NCBI GenBank assembly: GCA_038087875.1
Contig: CM075988.1
Location: 26,972,001-27,036,000 of the forward strand
Source of the DNA: Malacoraja senta
Taxonomy: Eukaryota
Length of the DNA stretch: 64,000 nucleotides
Direction: 5' to 3'
Shown here: piece after piece, positions 13,609 through 25,974 of the stretch
Layout: each line of letters starts with the position of its first letter
Position numbering within the stretch: position 1 is the first letter of the stretch
Made by a program: the position numbers and the translations under genes
The notes under the pieces: model-generated
Databases searched by the model: none
The model's input: the letters and a program-made list of their open reading frames with translations, nothing else
What the model was told of the DNA's origin: nothing

Positions 13609-14026
13609 GTGTAGCTATCTGTACAAACATGGAAAGTTCATGAAGATGCCAATTCTGGAGACAATCACAGGCTTTCATCCTCCGACCTGGTCGTTTTATT
13701 CCTGCATCGCTCCAAATGAATTCCTGAACCATCATAACTCAAACAGGCAACAATATTTTAGCAACTCCCATGGACATTCAGTGATCTTATTTATGTAGCT
13801 GTGCAATAGAGAAACGTTGGGTATTCTAACCAAGTCCAAGGCAGCATTCACCTGAAACCTCATAAGGCTATTAGAATTTACAACATTGCATTTTGATGAT
13901 TAAAACTTTTACCGCAAGGATAAAGAGGTGTGGTGTCGTGACTCACCATGGTGGGATTATAAATCACATCGTCATCAGCTGTTATAATCTGTAATATGAC
14001 ATGGAGGATGATAATGGGAAAGCAGG

Positions 14027-14645
14027 GGTGTGTGCCTGTGTGTCTGTGTGTCTGTGTGTCTGTGTGTGTGTGTCTGTGTGTGTGTGTGTGTCTGTGTGTG
14101 TGTCTGTGTGCCTGTGTGTGTGTGTGTGTGTGCCTGTGTGTCTGTGTGTCTGTGTGTCTGTGTGTTTGTGTGTCTGTGTCTGTGCCTGTGTGTCTGTGTG
14201 TCTGTGTGATTGTGTGTCTGTGTCTGTGCCTGTGTGTCTGTGTCTGTGTCTGTGTGTCTGTGTGTTTGTGTATCTGTGTGTGTGTCTGTGTGCCTGTGTG
14301 TGTGTGTGTGCGTTTGTGTGTCTGTGTGTCTGTGCGTCTGTGTGTCTGTGTGCCTGTGTGTGTGTGTGCCTGTGTGTCTGTGTCTGTGTGTCTGTGTGTC
14401 TGTGTGCCTGTGTGTGTGTGTGTGTGTGTCTGTGTGTCTGTGTGTGTGTGTGTGTCTGTGTGTGTGTGTCTGTGTGTCTGTGTGCCTGTGTGTGTGTGTG
14501 TGTGTGCCTGTGTGTCTGTGTCTGTGTGTCTGTGTGTCTGTGTGTGTGTGCCTGTGTGTCTGTGTGTGTGTGTGTGTGTGTGTGTCTGTGTGTCTGTGTG
14601 TCTGTGTGTCTGTGTGTCTGTGTGTCTGTGTGTCTGTGCCTGTGT
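14027..14645. repeat. Compound (GT)n/(CTGTGTGT)n microsatellite
   Basis: Direct inspection. Confidence 0.97.
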
Positions 14646-15660
14646 TTTTTGAGCAGGTTTTTCATTGCTCTTGTACCTCACTGTATGTGCTTATGGCAAT
14701 AACCTTGAAGTTGGTGAATCAGCTGGGTTGATGGTGGAGATGAGTGACGGTGTGATGGATGAGGTCAGCTTGGACAGGGGGACACACAAATATACTCAGG
14801 AAGAGAATTTCATTTTGCAAGTCCATGATTGGTGAAAACTGGTGAAGAACAGATGGGGGAAGTGGAAGAGACCACATTGGAGGCTGTGGAAGAAATGAAG
14901 CAAGAGATAGGTGTTTGAGAAATGAACAGAGACATTGGAAATGTGGGCAACCAAGCTGCAGACAGATCACCATCACTGCTCCCTACTATTTCATCCCTAA
15001 ATTAACTTCAGATTTCATTGGTGAGCAATGCCGTTGTTAACAAAGAACAGGTAGGTAGCCATGAAACCAACTCAGGATGAAACATCCTTGAAGTTTCCCA
15101 CTGTGGCATCATCTGCTACACACTGTGCTAAGGTGACACTGACTACAAATGTGAACAAGTGCATGAGTGAGCATGGAGACTCAACGTGTGATCTTTTATC
15201 TTGCTTCTCCATAACCAAACAGATTGAAGCATGTTGAAACTTTAAATCAGAGCATCAACAGGATTTATGTGCTTGAACAACTAATGAACTTTGGTGACTT
15301 TGTTAATTTTGTACCCTATTTCAATCGCTTTGTAATAATCGTTTTTTTTTAATGAATTTCTTTGTTTTGATTGTTTTATTGTTAAAGGCCCAACCTATGC
15401 ATGCCGTCCAAGTTGGCAATCTGGGCTAGTTCCTTCGGTTTGCTTACATTCGGCCCTCATCCCTCTAAACCCTTCCTCTGCAAATATACATACATCTGTC
15501 CAAATGCTTTTGAAATCTTTCATGACCGTCTTTGCCATCTCTAACTTCATTACGTTTTGTGCCATCAGCAAATGTGCTCATTAGACCACAGACGTAAATC
15601 ATAAACAACCCTTGTAATATGGGAGCTTTAAAGGAACAGTTATTTCCACAGACATATTAC

Positions 15661-15790
15661 TTAGAAACATGGAAACATAGACAATAAATGCAGGAGTAGG
15701 CCATTCAGCCCTTCGAGCTAGCACCACCATTCAATATGATCACGGCTGATCATCCAGAATCAGGACCCTGTTCCTGCTTTCTCCCCATCT
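15661..15790 (-). mobile_element. CR1/HER1 3' end fragment
   Basis: caggagtaggccattcagcccttcgag...ttcaatatgatc matches the CR1 3' UTR. Confidence 0.8.
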
Positions 15791-16016
15791 TCTCACTTAG
15801 ATTGCAATATCTCTTTTGGCACTTCTCTGCATATCTTTTTCATATTTATCACCATTCTTCAAAATCTCCGGGTCACGTGTTTTATCCATGGCAGCGGCTC
15901 ACTCTCCCACCAGCTGCCTCCTCTCACTCCATCTGTCTGCTTCTTCTCTGCTCAACCTACCTCAATCCTTCACGCCATCTTGCCCACAACCCCACTGCCT
16001 TTCTCAATGTGCCTCT

Positions 16017-16262
16017 CACTTGGTGTACCTGCACACAGCGTGACCACTTGGTATACCTGCACACAGCGTGACCACTTGGTATACCTGCCACAGCGTGATC
16101 ACTTGGTATACCTGCACACAGCGTGACCACTTGGTATACCTGCACACAGAGTGATCACGGTATACCTGCCACAGCGTGACCACTTGGTGTACCTGCACAC
16201 AGCGTGACCACTTGGTATACCTGCACACAGAGTGATCACGGTATACCTGCCACAGCGTGATC
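16017..16262. repeat. 28-bp minisatellite, 9 units
   Basis: Consensus CACTTGGTATACCTGCACACAGCGTGAC; units of 25-28 bp with no unique spacers. Confidence 0.95.
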
Positions 16263-16419
16263 TAATTGTGTAGCAGAGGCGTGTCCTGATTGGTGACCTG
16301 TCAAGGGACTGTGCAGATTAAACCGTGTTTATCGGCTTCAGTCGGACTGGATTTCCAGGCTCTATTTAAGATAATTTGTATCCGCAGCCAATTGTGTATA
16401 AAGTCAGGAGGGCAACAGA

Positions 16420-16715
16420 ATACTCAGAGTCTTTTACCCAGAGTAGCACAGAACCAGAGAGCACAGCTTTATGGTGAGAGGGGAAAGATTTAATAGGAAC
16501 CTGAGGGCAACTTTTCACTCGGACGTTGGTGGGTGTATGGAACAAGCTGCCAGAAGAGGTAGTTGAGGCAGATGCTATAACACTATTTTAAAGACACTTG
16601 GACAGGTACAGGGATAGGAAAGTTTGAGAGAGATATGTACTGTGCATGCACATGGGGTTAGCTTAAATGGGGCATCTTTGTTGGTGTGGATGTGTCGGGC
16701 TGAAGGACGCTATGT
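16420..16715 (+). mobile_element. CR1 3' fragment, degraded
   Basis: agatttaataggaacctgagggcaactttt...ggaacaagctgccagaagaggtagttgaggc. Confidence 0.8.
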
Positions 16716-17229
16716 AGCTAACTAACTGTGACCTCCATGTCCAGTACATGCTTACGTTACATAAATGAAACGGCCAAGTGTGTGTCTTGTATTGGATCCA
16801 CGGTCAAGGGAGGAATGATACACACAAATTATCAAGTCAAGTCTTGGGCCGATGAGATTGAGATTGCTGGGTTCTCCATCACGCCATCCCACACACAAGC
16901 CAGAGATATTCCTTCCCAGTCAATAGCGCAACGTCCCTTATATATTCTCCACAATATGTGGAATTCTCAACTGGTACTGTTCCTTAAGATGCGACCTTAT
17001 ATCACACAATCTGATAGTGTTTCACTTTTGCTCCATTACTAACTGTCTCCTTATTATCGTGAAGGTCGGGACTGTCGGGACTGCCAATCCAGTGCAGTGA
17101 TTGGAAACACGTCCTGCCTTACATGAGTCTCCACCTGGTTCCTCAGTTGGGAGCAAAGATTCCATCTCGTTCAAGCAGAGCTGGAGTATTCGCCTCAGTG
17201 TCCCCTCGTTCAACCCCTCAATAAATATT

Positions 17230-17390
17230 ATGATCATGTCATCAATGTTGTTTGCAGGATTTTGCTGTGCCTAACTTGGTTGTTGAATTAACCACGTTAT
17301 ATCAGAGACTACATTTCAAACAGAATTAATTGGTAGCAAAGTACATCATTCTGACACTCAGAAAATGGTGTATAAGTACGTATTTCTTTT
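17230..17390 (+). mobile_element. Old Deu-domain (SacSINE1/AmnSINE-like) SINE relic
   Basis: tgtttgcaggattttgctgtgcc...gactacatttcaaa resembles the 3' part of the Deu domain as I recall it; similar to 31290-31352. Confidence 0.5.
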
Positions 17391-18116
17391 AATTGCTTTC
17401 TTTCAACTTGATAAGTACCAGATTCAGCACAAGATGAAATTGAAGTGCTTGTGTGAGAATATGTTTTGGATATTGCAGCAACTGATGGGTCCAGGGTTAG
17501 TGCTGGGCAATATCCTGCAGTTGTGAGCATATATAGTGGCAGGGAAGTGTAAAGAGCTGAATGGTCTGTCCCTGACACTATTTCTTACAGTACCTGCAGC
17601 CTTCTCCATTTCCCCTCCCTGTGCTCCATTGAAACTCTCAGAGGAAATGGTGCAGTTACGTCGGGACATAACCAGTGTCACTGCCATTGACGGAGGAATG
17701 TGTCCCAATAATCTTCAACATTTTCTGCCAACTTCCATGTCTGGACTGACAGCCAGTGAGGCTGGCAATCCCGTGTCTGGACTGATCACTTGGTGTACCT
17801 GTCACAATGTGATCACTTGGTCAGTGAGGCTGGCAGCATGGTGTGGGGCATGGCTGACAGGGGTGGCAGTGCAAAGCCAAGGTGACAGCTGAGCAAATAA
17901 CTTCTGCAATGTTCAGTCACTAACTTCCTATTAATTCCTTTCCAAGTCACTGCTCTGGCATTTTCTACTTTCCTGTAAGGAGCTCAGTCACTTACCATCC
18001 ACAATCTCATCAATAATATTTTGCCTTTCGTCTCCATGGACTTCATTATTTTGGGAAGGCTCCAAAATAACTCGTGCAAGTTTTTGTTAATGGTTTCTGC
18101 TTCTTGAGATTTGTGG

Positions 18117-18597
<481 letters not shown>

Positions 18598-19393
18598 GTA
18601 AAGGAGATGTCAGATACATGAAGGGAGAATCTGCATTAATATATAGCAAGTGAAATTTCACAGGGATATGTTTCCATTTTAGTTCATCCATCCATTTATT
18701 CTGCTTTTAATAGACTTTTGAAGCAACTAGTGGAAATATTGCATAGCACCAAAATATCACGTGAAATATTGATACCTAAATTGTGCAAATATTCAAATAC
18801 ATGCCATGGTTGATACGATATCAGCCCAAAACATATCAAAAATTAGAGAACATTTGAATTTTATCAATCTCCTAACGTACAAAAATAATTTAAAAATAAG
18901 CTTAGACATAGCTGACAAATTCTTCTGAATAATTTACCTTCCCTTTGCAGTGTAGAATTAAAAGACAATATCAATTATGTAGTGACTTATCACATTTTTA
19001 GACATCTCAAAGCTGTTCACATGCAAATAATTACTTCTGATGTACAGTCACCATGGTTATGACAGTACTTTTGGACATTGTATATTCTCAAAAGGATGCA
19101 GAGAAGGACAGCCATTTAACTTCAAGTTGAAGACTTCGGCTGAAGTTGGTGTGTAAGTGAGAATACAAGACTCCACTTTGTAAAGAGTTTTACAAGATCT
19201 TTTATATCCACCACAGGCCAACTTGCTGGTTTAATATTGTAACTACTCATAGCTGATTCCCAATTTAAACTCTCAACCAAGAATGTTTATTTGCATCCTT
19301 TGATGATTTAACTCAATGCCGATTTAAAAATAGAAACATTTTAATATATTTATAAAGAAACAGACAAATACCAACACTGTCCAACCAAGTCTT

Positions 19394-19527
19394 AATCAGT
19401 CTGAAGAAGGGTCTCGACCCGAAACATCACCCATTCCTTCGCTCCATAGATGCTGCCTCACCCGCTGAGTTTCTCCAACTTTTTGTCTAACCTTCAATTT
19501 TTCCAGTGTCTGCAGTTCTTCCTTAAA
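19394..19527 (+). mobile_element. Solo PLE-terminal unit flanked by an 8-bp direct repeat
   Basis: CAAGTCTT at 19386-19393 and 19528-19535; core GTCTGAAGAAGGGTCTCGACCCGAAACATCAC. Confidence 0.8.
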
Positions 19528-19844
19528 CAAGTCTTGTTGTCCACTCTCTGTGAATGCTGAACATTCAAGAACACTCATTAATCTCTCAGTCCACGTTAAT
19601 CCCTCGGACACGTTAGATGGTTCTCATCTTCCTGGTGAAACGCTGTGTTCTGATTTCAAGTCATCAAATCAAATTTATTATCATATCCACAAGTACGATG
19701 AGATGCAGTCAGAATGAAAATCTTGCTTGCAGCAGCATTACAGATACATAAACTCTGAAGTGATGCACGACTTCTGGATTTCCTGAGAATCAAGAATCCT
19801 TAATTTTATGTGAACCATTGCAGAGTAATGACAGAGATTTAATA

Positions 19845-19963
19845 GTCTCGACCCAGAACGTCACACATTCCTTCTCTCCAGAGATGCTGCCTGACCCGCT
19901 GAGTTACTCCAGCTTTTTGTGTTTATCTTCGGTTTAAACCAGCAACTGCAGTTCCTTCCCACA
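19845..19963 (+). mobile_element. PLE-terminal unit, 5'-truncated within the hammerhead
   Basis: gtctcgacccagaacgtcacacattcc...gcagttccttcc. Confidence 0.75.
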
Positions 19964-20328
19964 CGTTAAAAATGTAGTGAATCTAGAATGAGGGGCCTCA
20001 GAATAAATGTTGACAATTTACAGCTGAGATGAAGAGAATTTTTAAAATGTAAAACCCAGGGGGATTGCAGATGGGTTTTTTAGGTTTACTGTACATTCAA
20101 GGCTTGTTTGCCAGGATTTTGGAGCTAAAGGAAATGGATATTGAATGGAATAGTGGGAGATCAGTGATCAGCCATGACCTTGTTGAGTGGCAGATCAGGT
20201 TTGAGAAGCCCTTTCCTACTTCTACTTCATATTTTCTTGCATTTACTTCACATTACTCTGAGTGGGAAGGTGCATTGAAGGGAAGCACAAGTCAGAGAGT
20301 TAACAGTGTTACAGACTTTCTCCCTGAC

Positions 20329-20433
20329 ATCTTCTTCAGTCTGAAGAAGGGTTTCGGCCCGAAACGTTGCCTATTTCCTTCGCTCCATAGATGCTGCTGC
20401 ACCCGCTGAGTTTCTCCAGTATTTTTGTGTAAC
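20329..20433 (+). mobile_element. Solo PLE-terminal unit with intact hammerhead core, flanked by an 11-bp direct repeat
   Basis: TTCTCCCTGAC at 20318-20328 and 20434-20444. Confidence 0.82.
20339..20370 (+). ncRNA. Candidate minimal hammerhead ribozyme (second subfamily)
   Basis: GU-CUGAAGA-A-GGGU(UUCG)GCCC-GAAAC-GUU-GC; stem II capped by a UUCG tetraloop; palindromic AACGUU. Confidence 0.65.
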
Positions 20434-21327
20434 TTCTCCCTGACTTCTCTCGTTTCATGCTGACTGAACAGTGCACTCATTTCGTCAATTGATTAATTAC
20501 TGGAGAAATCTCAATGGACCATTTGAAGTAAATGCCTGCAAGTTACACGCTATAGAAACAGAAGTCACGATATCAAAGAATGTGTTTTTAATCAGCTCAC
20601 TTTGAAACAAATCTTATGGAAGAGATTAGGAACAGAATGTTCTGTTTAACTACTGAGTTTAAGTAGGTCAAGGCAACATACTGTATCCATCACATCTACT
20701 GTGCAGGTTCCATTGACGACTCTTTCCAAATTTGTTGGTACTTCATAGAATTGAACAAAAAGAACTTTCATTTATATAGAACTAGCATGGCAAACCATGA
20801 TTTAAATGAGGTACAATAAAATAAACTGCATATGTTGGCAAACAGAACATAAAAACTGAAAAAGCTGTAAAAACTCAAAATGGTCGGGCAGCTTCTGCGG
20901 AAAGAGAAGCAGAGTTAACATTGAAAACCTTTCGACAGAATTGGAAATGCTTTATGTTATATCTGATATCGCACTTCATAAGGAGATGACAGGTTAAATG
21001 ACCAAATACTTTGTCAGGGAGGTAGGAGTGTCTTGAAGGTGGAAGCTAGCTAGAGGGGCAGAGGGATTTACACAATGACCTCCAAAGCTTTAGATTCAGC
21101 AGCTGGAACCACTATCACTAATGCTGGAACAATTAAGTTGAAGAATGATCAGGAATCCAGCATTGGGAAGTGTGTATTCTTTGACAGGATTTAAGGCTGG
21201 AGGAAATGATGGAGAAAAGGTGGTGCAGGGAGGAAGGAAGTGCAGACCAATGGGGGAACTGGTCACAAACGGGGCAGAATATTTGAGACTTTTTTTTTAT
21301 CAGAAGCAAACAAGCTAAGGCAGACAA

Positions 21328-21930
21328 TAGACACACACAAAATACTGGAGTAACTCAGTGGGTCACGCAGCATCTCTGGAGAAAAAGGATAGGTGACGTT
21401 TTGGGTTGGGACACCTCTTCAGACTGAATGCAGGGTTGGGAGGGGAAACTGTAAACAAGAAAAAAAACAGGTCAAATCAGGGCTGGCAAGAGATGATCTC
21501 AGGCTTGGAGATTCCCTGATAGGCTGATTGTTGACTCGAGATGGTATGATGCCAAGATGGATAAATTGTTGCAAACTGCGGAGCTGTTTAACTGACTTTT
21601 AGTGGAGGAAGAGGGGAAGGGCAGAAAAGGGAGAGGGAGAGAGAGGGGAGAGAGTGGTGTGGGTGGAGGGGAGTGTTTGTGGAAGTTACCTAAGATTAGA
21701 GAATTCAATGTTCATACTGCTGGGGTGTAAGTTACCCAAGCAAAATATGAGGTGCTGTTCCTCCAATTTGAATGTGGCCTCACTCTGGCAATGGAGGTGG
21801 CCCAGGGGAGAAAGGTCAGTGTGGGAATGGGAATGGGAATTAAAGTGATTGGCAACCAGGACATCACGTAGGCCTTGACGGACCGAACATAAGTGTTCAG
21901 CGAAATAGTTGCCGAATCTACGCTTTGTAA
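21328..21930 (-). mobile_element. Penelope-like element 3' fragment (GIY-YIG plus terminal repeat)
   Basis: ORF 21686-22000: TKRRFGNYFAEHL...VANHFNS...KLEEQHLIFCLGNLHPSSMNIEFSNLR. Confidence 0.85.
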
Positions 21931-22217
21931 GGTAGACTATGATATGGATATGGAAATAATGGTGGGAACAACGTGATCCAAAAAGTATTCTCGTGCCCAA
22001 ATGTGACAGAAGTTTTGTTTCAGATTCGATTGCCGAGGAGACAAATGTAAGTGGATATTATGGAGCAGTGTTGGGGTTACATGTTGAAGATATCAGCTTA
22101 TCCTCCCAGTATTTAGATGGAGAAAATGTCCTCTGATCGAGGGCTGCCTGTCAGATGAGTTGTTGGATAAAGAGAGGCAGTGGAAGGATGGTGGGGTAGG
22201 CCGAGACACACACAGAG

Positions 22218-22365
22218 ACATAAGGAACTGCAGATGCTGGAATCTTGAGCAAAACACAATGTGCTGGAGTAACTCAGTGGGTCAGGCAGTATTTGTGTAG
22301 GGACTCAGATTCAGTCTGAAGACGGGTCCCTCCCAACCTCCATAGATGCTGCCTGACCTGCTGAG
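22218..22365. mobile_element. Inverted PLE-terminal fragments
   Basis: Minus part aggaactgcagatgctgg..., then plus part cagtctgaagacgggtc...gatgctgcctgacctgctgag. Confidence 0.7.
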
Positions 22366-22374
22366 GAAACTTGT

Positions 22375-23270
22375 GCCGGGACCACTGTTGTCCATCAATG
22401 ATTTGATGTGAATGCAGAATGTAACAAGCTTAGTAAGTTTGTGGATGACACTAAAATTGGCAGTTTAGTAGACAGCTAAGAAGATTATCTGAGATTACAA
22501 TGGCATCTTGATCAACAAGGCCAATTGGCTGAAGAATGGCAAATGAAGTTTAATTCTGATAAATATAATGTCTTGCATATCAGGAAGACAACCCAGAGCA
22601 GGACTTGCACAATAAACGATAGGGCCCTGGGGAGTTGTGTAGAACAGAGAGACTTTGGGTTCCATGAAGGTGATGACACGGTAGTAAAGAACGCATTTGG
22701 CACAATTGCCCTCATCGGCTAGGATACTGAGTACAGGAGTTGGGATATCATGTACCCTAACCCTAACCACATTTGCAGTACTGTGCACAGTTCTGGTCAC
22801 CTGCTATAGGAAGGATGTCTTTAAACTGGAAAAGGTGCAAAAAAATCTTTACGAGGATGTTACCTGGAAATTTGAGTTATAAGGTCAGGCTGGATACCCT
22901 GGATCTTGATTGTCTTGAATGTAGAAGGCTGAGGGAAACCTTATGGAGATGTATAAAATCATGAGGACATAAATAAGATGAATAGCTACAGTCTATTCCC
23001 ATGGTGGTGGAGTCTAAAACTAGGGCATAAGGCTTAGAGTGGGAGGGAAAGATTAAAAAATGACTTGAAAGGGCAACCTTTTCATACAGTAGGTGGTTAT
23101 ACTAGAATGCACTACCAGAGGATGTGGTAGACACTGGTACAAATATGACATTTAGAAGACATTTGGAGAGGAAATGTTTGGAGGAATATGGGTCAGGACA
23201 GGCAAGTGGTTGAGCTGATCAACTTGGTCAGCAAAGACAAGTTGGCTGAAGAGTTGGTTTCCATGTTTTA
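22375..23270 (+). mobile_element. CR1 LINE, old and degraded
   Basis: SKFVDDTKIG, WAEEWQMKFN and QYCAQFWSP remnants. Confidence 0.85.
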
Positions 23271-24665
23271 AGGGGTCGATTAATCTATAAACAATGAGGG
23301 AATAGTAGCCATGCTCTCTATGAGACAATCTTGCCCCATTTTAGTCTTGTTCTTTAAGGTAGGAAGTCTGGACAGCGGATAAAATGTTAATCTATTCCTT
23401 CAGAAAAATATAGCTAATTAGGAAATACCAATATGGGCACCTGCTCATGATCACTGCCTTTGACCACCTCCCCATCATTGCTACAAAGTACAGCTGTTTA
23501 GACCCTGGAACAGAGGTTGTGGGTAAGGTTCGTATATTTACACCATTACTCCTATTGAAGTTAGGTAATTGAAGGCTGGAAGTCTATGACAACACCTCTT
23601 GAAATATCCAGAAATGAACTAGCACTGGTTATCCAAAAGTCAGAAATTTGATCTGGAAATGTGTCTATTGCTTTTATGCCTTTGGGAGATGAGTTCTATC
23701 TATAGAACCTCAAACAGCAGCAGAGAGAGAATAAACGAGATAAGAAATGTGTGTACAGTATAGTGGTTGACAGGTTTCCCACATCACAGTTCTAATCTCA
23801 CTTTAAGTGTCAAAAGTGTTTAATTATCATCTGTACCAGAACTCGAACAGTGCAATTCCTACTTGCTTTACAGACATATAATGCACAACACAACAAATAA
23901 ATATACAATAAACAACAATACAATGTATTATCTGTCATACAAGGTGACCAGCACATATTAGTGCAAGTTGAAATTTATGGTGTAACTTGCACAAAGTCAA
24001 ACTCTCCAATGCTGTAATTAATATGTTTTTTTTTACATTCTAGATCTGAATTGTTTTGAGTTTCCTGAGCTGCCGTAAAGGGACTTGAACTCAAACCCAG
24101 GCAGTGATGCATCGTCTGTGCTTCCATTTAGACGTTGTAGTTTTGCATGGTTAGTGGACACAAAAACTCTAGCTTGATCTTACATATGGAGTACAAAGGG
24201 AAGTCAGTGGAGATTTAAACAAAATGTACAAAAAAATTACAATATACAGGACTTCAAAGAAATCTGTTGGGCTCCAAGAACTAACATGATTACAATTTAT
24301 CAAAGGATCATTCCCAAAGAGCAGGGCCGCTGGCTGAAACATTTTGGCTCTTTAGGAGATCAAATGTTAGCTTATTCCTTTTTTTCTGACAATTATAAGC
24401 TCAAGCTTTCTGTAATGTTCTATAAGCTCACAGCGAACGAATGCTGAGATCCATCAATCCTGTAAAGCCCCAGCAAGACACCAAGACAGCCTGTAGCATT
24501 CCTGCTCCAGATAGCTGCTGTCAGCTCCTGCCGACAATCGCACTGTCAGCAGATTGGAAATCTAAACCCCCCACTCTGGAGTTAGTGATCGTGCTGCCGA
24601 CCTGGAGCAGGGAGGGGTGTTCTGCACTCTGTAGCTGCACGGAGAAAAAGATGGGAATAAATGCA

Positions 24666-24953
24666 TGGTGGTGCCGCCGTGGAGTTGGTGCCTCACAGCG
24701 CCGAAGACCCAGGTTCAATCCTGACTATGGGTCCTGTCTGTATGGAATTTGCACGTCATCCCTGTGACCGCGTGGGTTTTCGGATGCTCCAGTTTCCTCC
24801 CACATTCCAAAGACATGCAGGTTTTTAGACTAATTGGCTTCTGTAAATTGTCCCAAATGTGTAGGATAGAGCTAATGTAGGGCGATCGTGGGTCGGCATG
24901 GACTCAGTAGGGCCGAAGGGCCTGTTTCCACGCTGCACCTTTAAACTAAACTA
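24666..24953 (+). mobile_element. HE1-type tRNA-derived V-SINE, near full length
   Basis: tRNA-like head with B-box-like GGTTCAATCC, central tggaatttgcacgt...ctccagtttcctcccacattccaaagac, CR1-like tail. Confidence 0.88.
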
Positions 24954-25010
24954 GAAAAAATAGAAATTGGAGCTGTAAGAAGTCAATTGACATCAGTCTA
25001 GCCGGGACAA

Positions 25011-25554
25011 TGAATGAATGAATGAATAAGTTTATTGACCAAGTATATTCACATACAAGGAATTTGCCTTGGTGCTCCGCCCACAAGTGACAACATGACA
25101 TACAGTGACAGTTAGGATTGACACATACAACATTAAACATTAATAATTAAACATTATCGATTAAACATGTGAATTAAATAATATACCAGAGCAAAAGGAG
25201 GCTACAGATTTTTGGTTATTGAGTAGAGCTACTACTCGTGGAAAAAAAGCTGTTTTTATGTCTGGCTGTGGCAGCTTTGACAGTCCGGAGTTGCCTTCCA
25301 GAGGGAAGTGCTTCAAAGAGTTTGTGGCCAGGGTGAGAGGGGTCAGAGATGATCTTACCCGCTCGCTTCCTGGCCCTTGCAGTGTACAGTTCGTCAAAGG
25401 AGGGAAGGTTGCAGCCAATAACATTCTCAGCTGATCGGACGATTCGCTGCAGCCTCCGGATGTCGTGTTTGGTGGCTGAGCCAAACCAGACCATGATAGA
25501 GAAGGTGAGTACAGACTCTACGATGGCCGTATAGAATTGGACCATCATTGCCTG
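25011..25554 (-). mobile_element. Rex1/Babar-type LINE 3' fragment
   Basis: MMVQFYTAIVESVLTFSIMVWFG...LPSGR...; (ATTC)n tail. Confidence 0.85.
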
Positions 25555-25893
25555 TGACCGATTGTGGCAAATTGTGGAACGACCAACATTTCCTCACCTA
25601 AAGACCACTTTAAGAATTTGTGAAGGTATAAGCCCTAGTTTATCAGCTGCTCGTCGAGAGCCTGTTCTCAATTACTTGTGTTCAATGGTTCAATGTCACG
25701 TGTACAATGAAATTATTTTTTGCATACAGTTGAGTAACAAAATGAAGTACAATCATACGTAAGTCCATGGGGCTCCCCACGGAACCTGTACTGGAGAGTG
25801 TTGAGTTTTATTTAGATTATCTGGATAAATTAAAAATTATAAATTATCAACGTTTATTCCGTATTTTCATTGGGAAACCTACTCAAGAAAGTC

Positions 25894-25974
25894 TAGATAG
25901 ACACAAAATGCTGGAGTAACTCCACGGGACAGGCAGCAATTGGTGACGTTTCGGGACGAGACCCTTCTTCAGAC
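25894..25974 (-). mobile_element. PLE-terminal unit with hammerhead core
   Basis: Reverse complement reads GTCTGAAGAAGGGTCTCGTCCCGAAACGTCACC. Confidence 0.75.

Noticed and set aside
16017..16262. CRISPR-like array of 28-bp repeats
   Set aside because: Units are contiguous with no unique spacers, there are no cas genes, and the context is vertebrate.
24666..24740. tRNA gene
   Set aside because: The B-box-like motif belongs to the tRNA-derived head of an HE1 SINE; no cloverleaf is evident.
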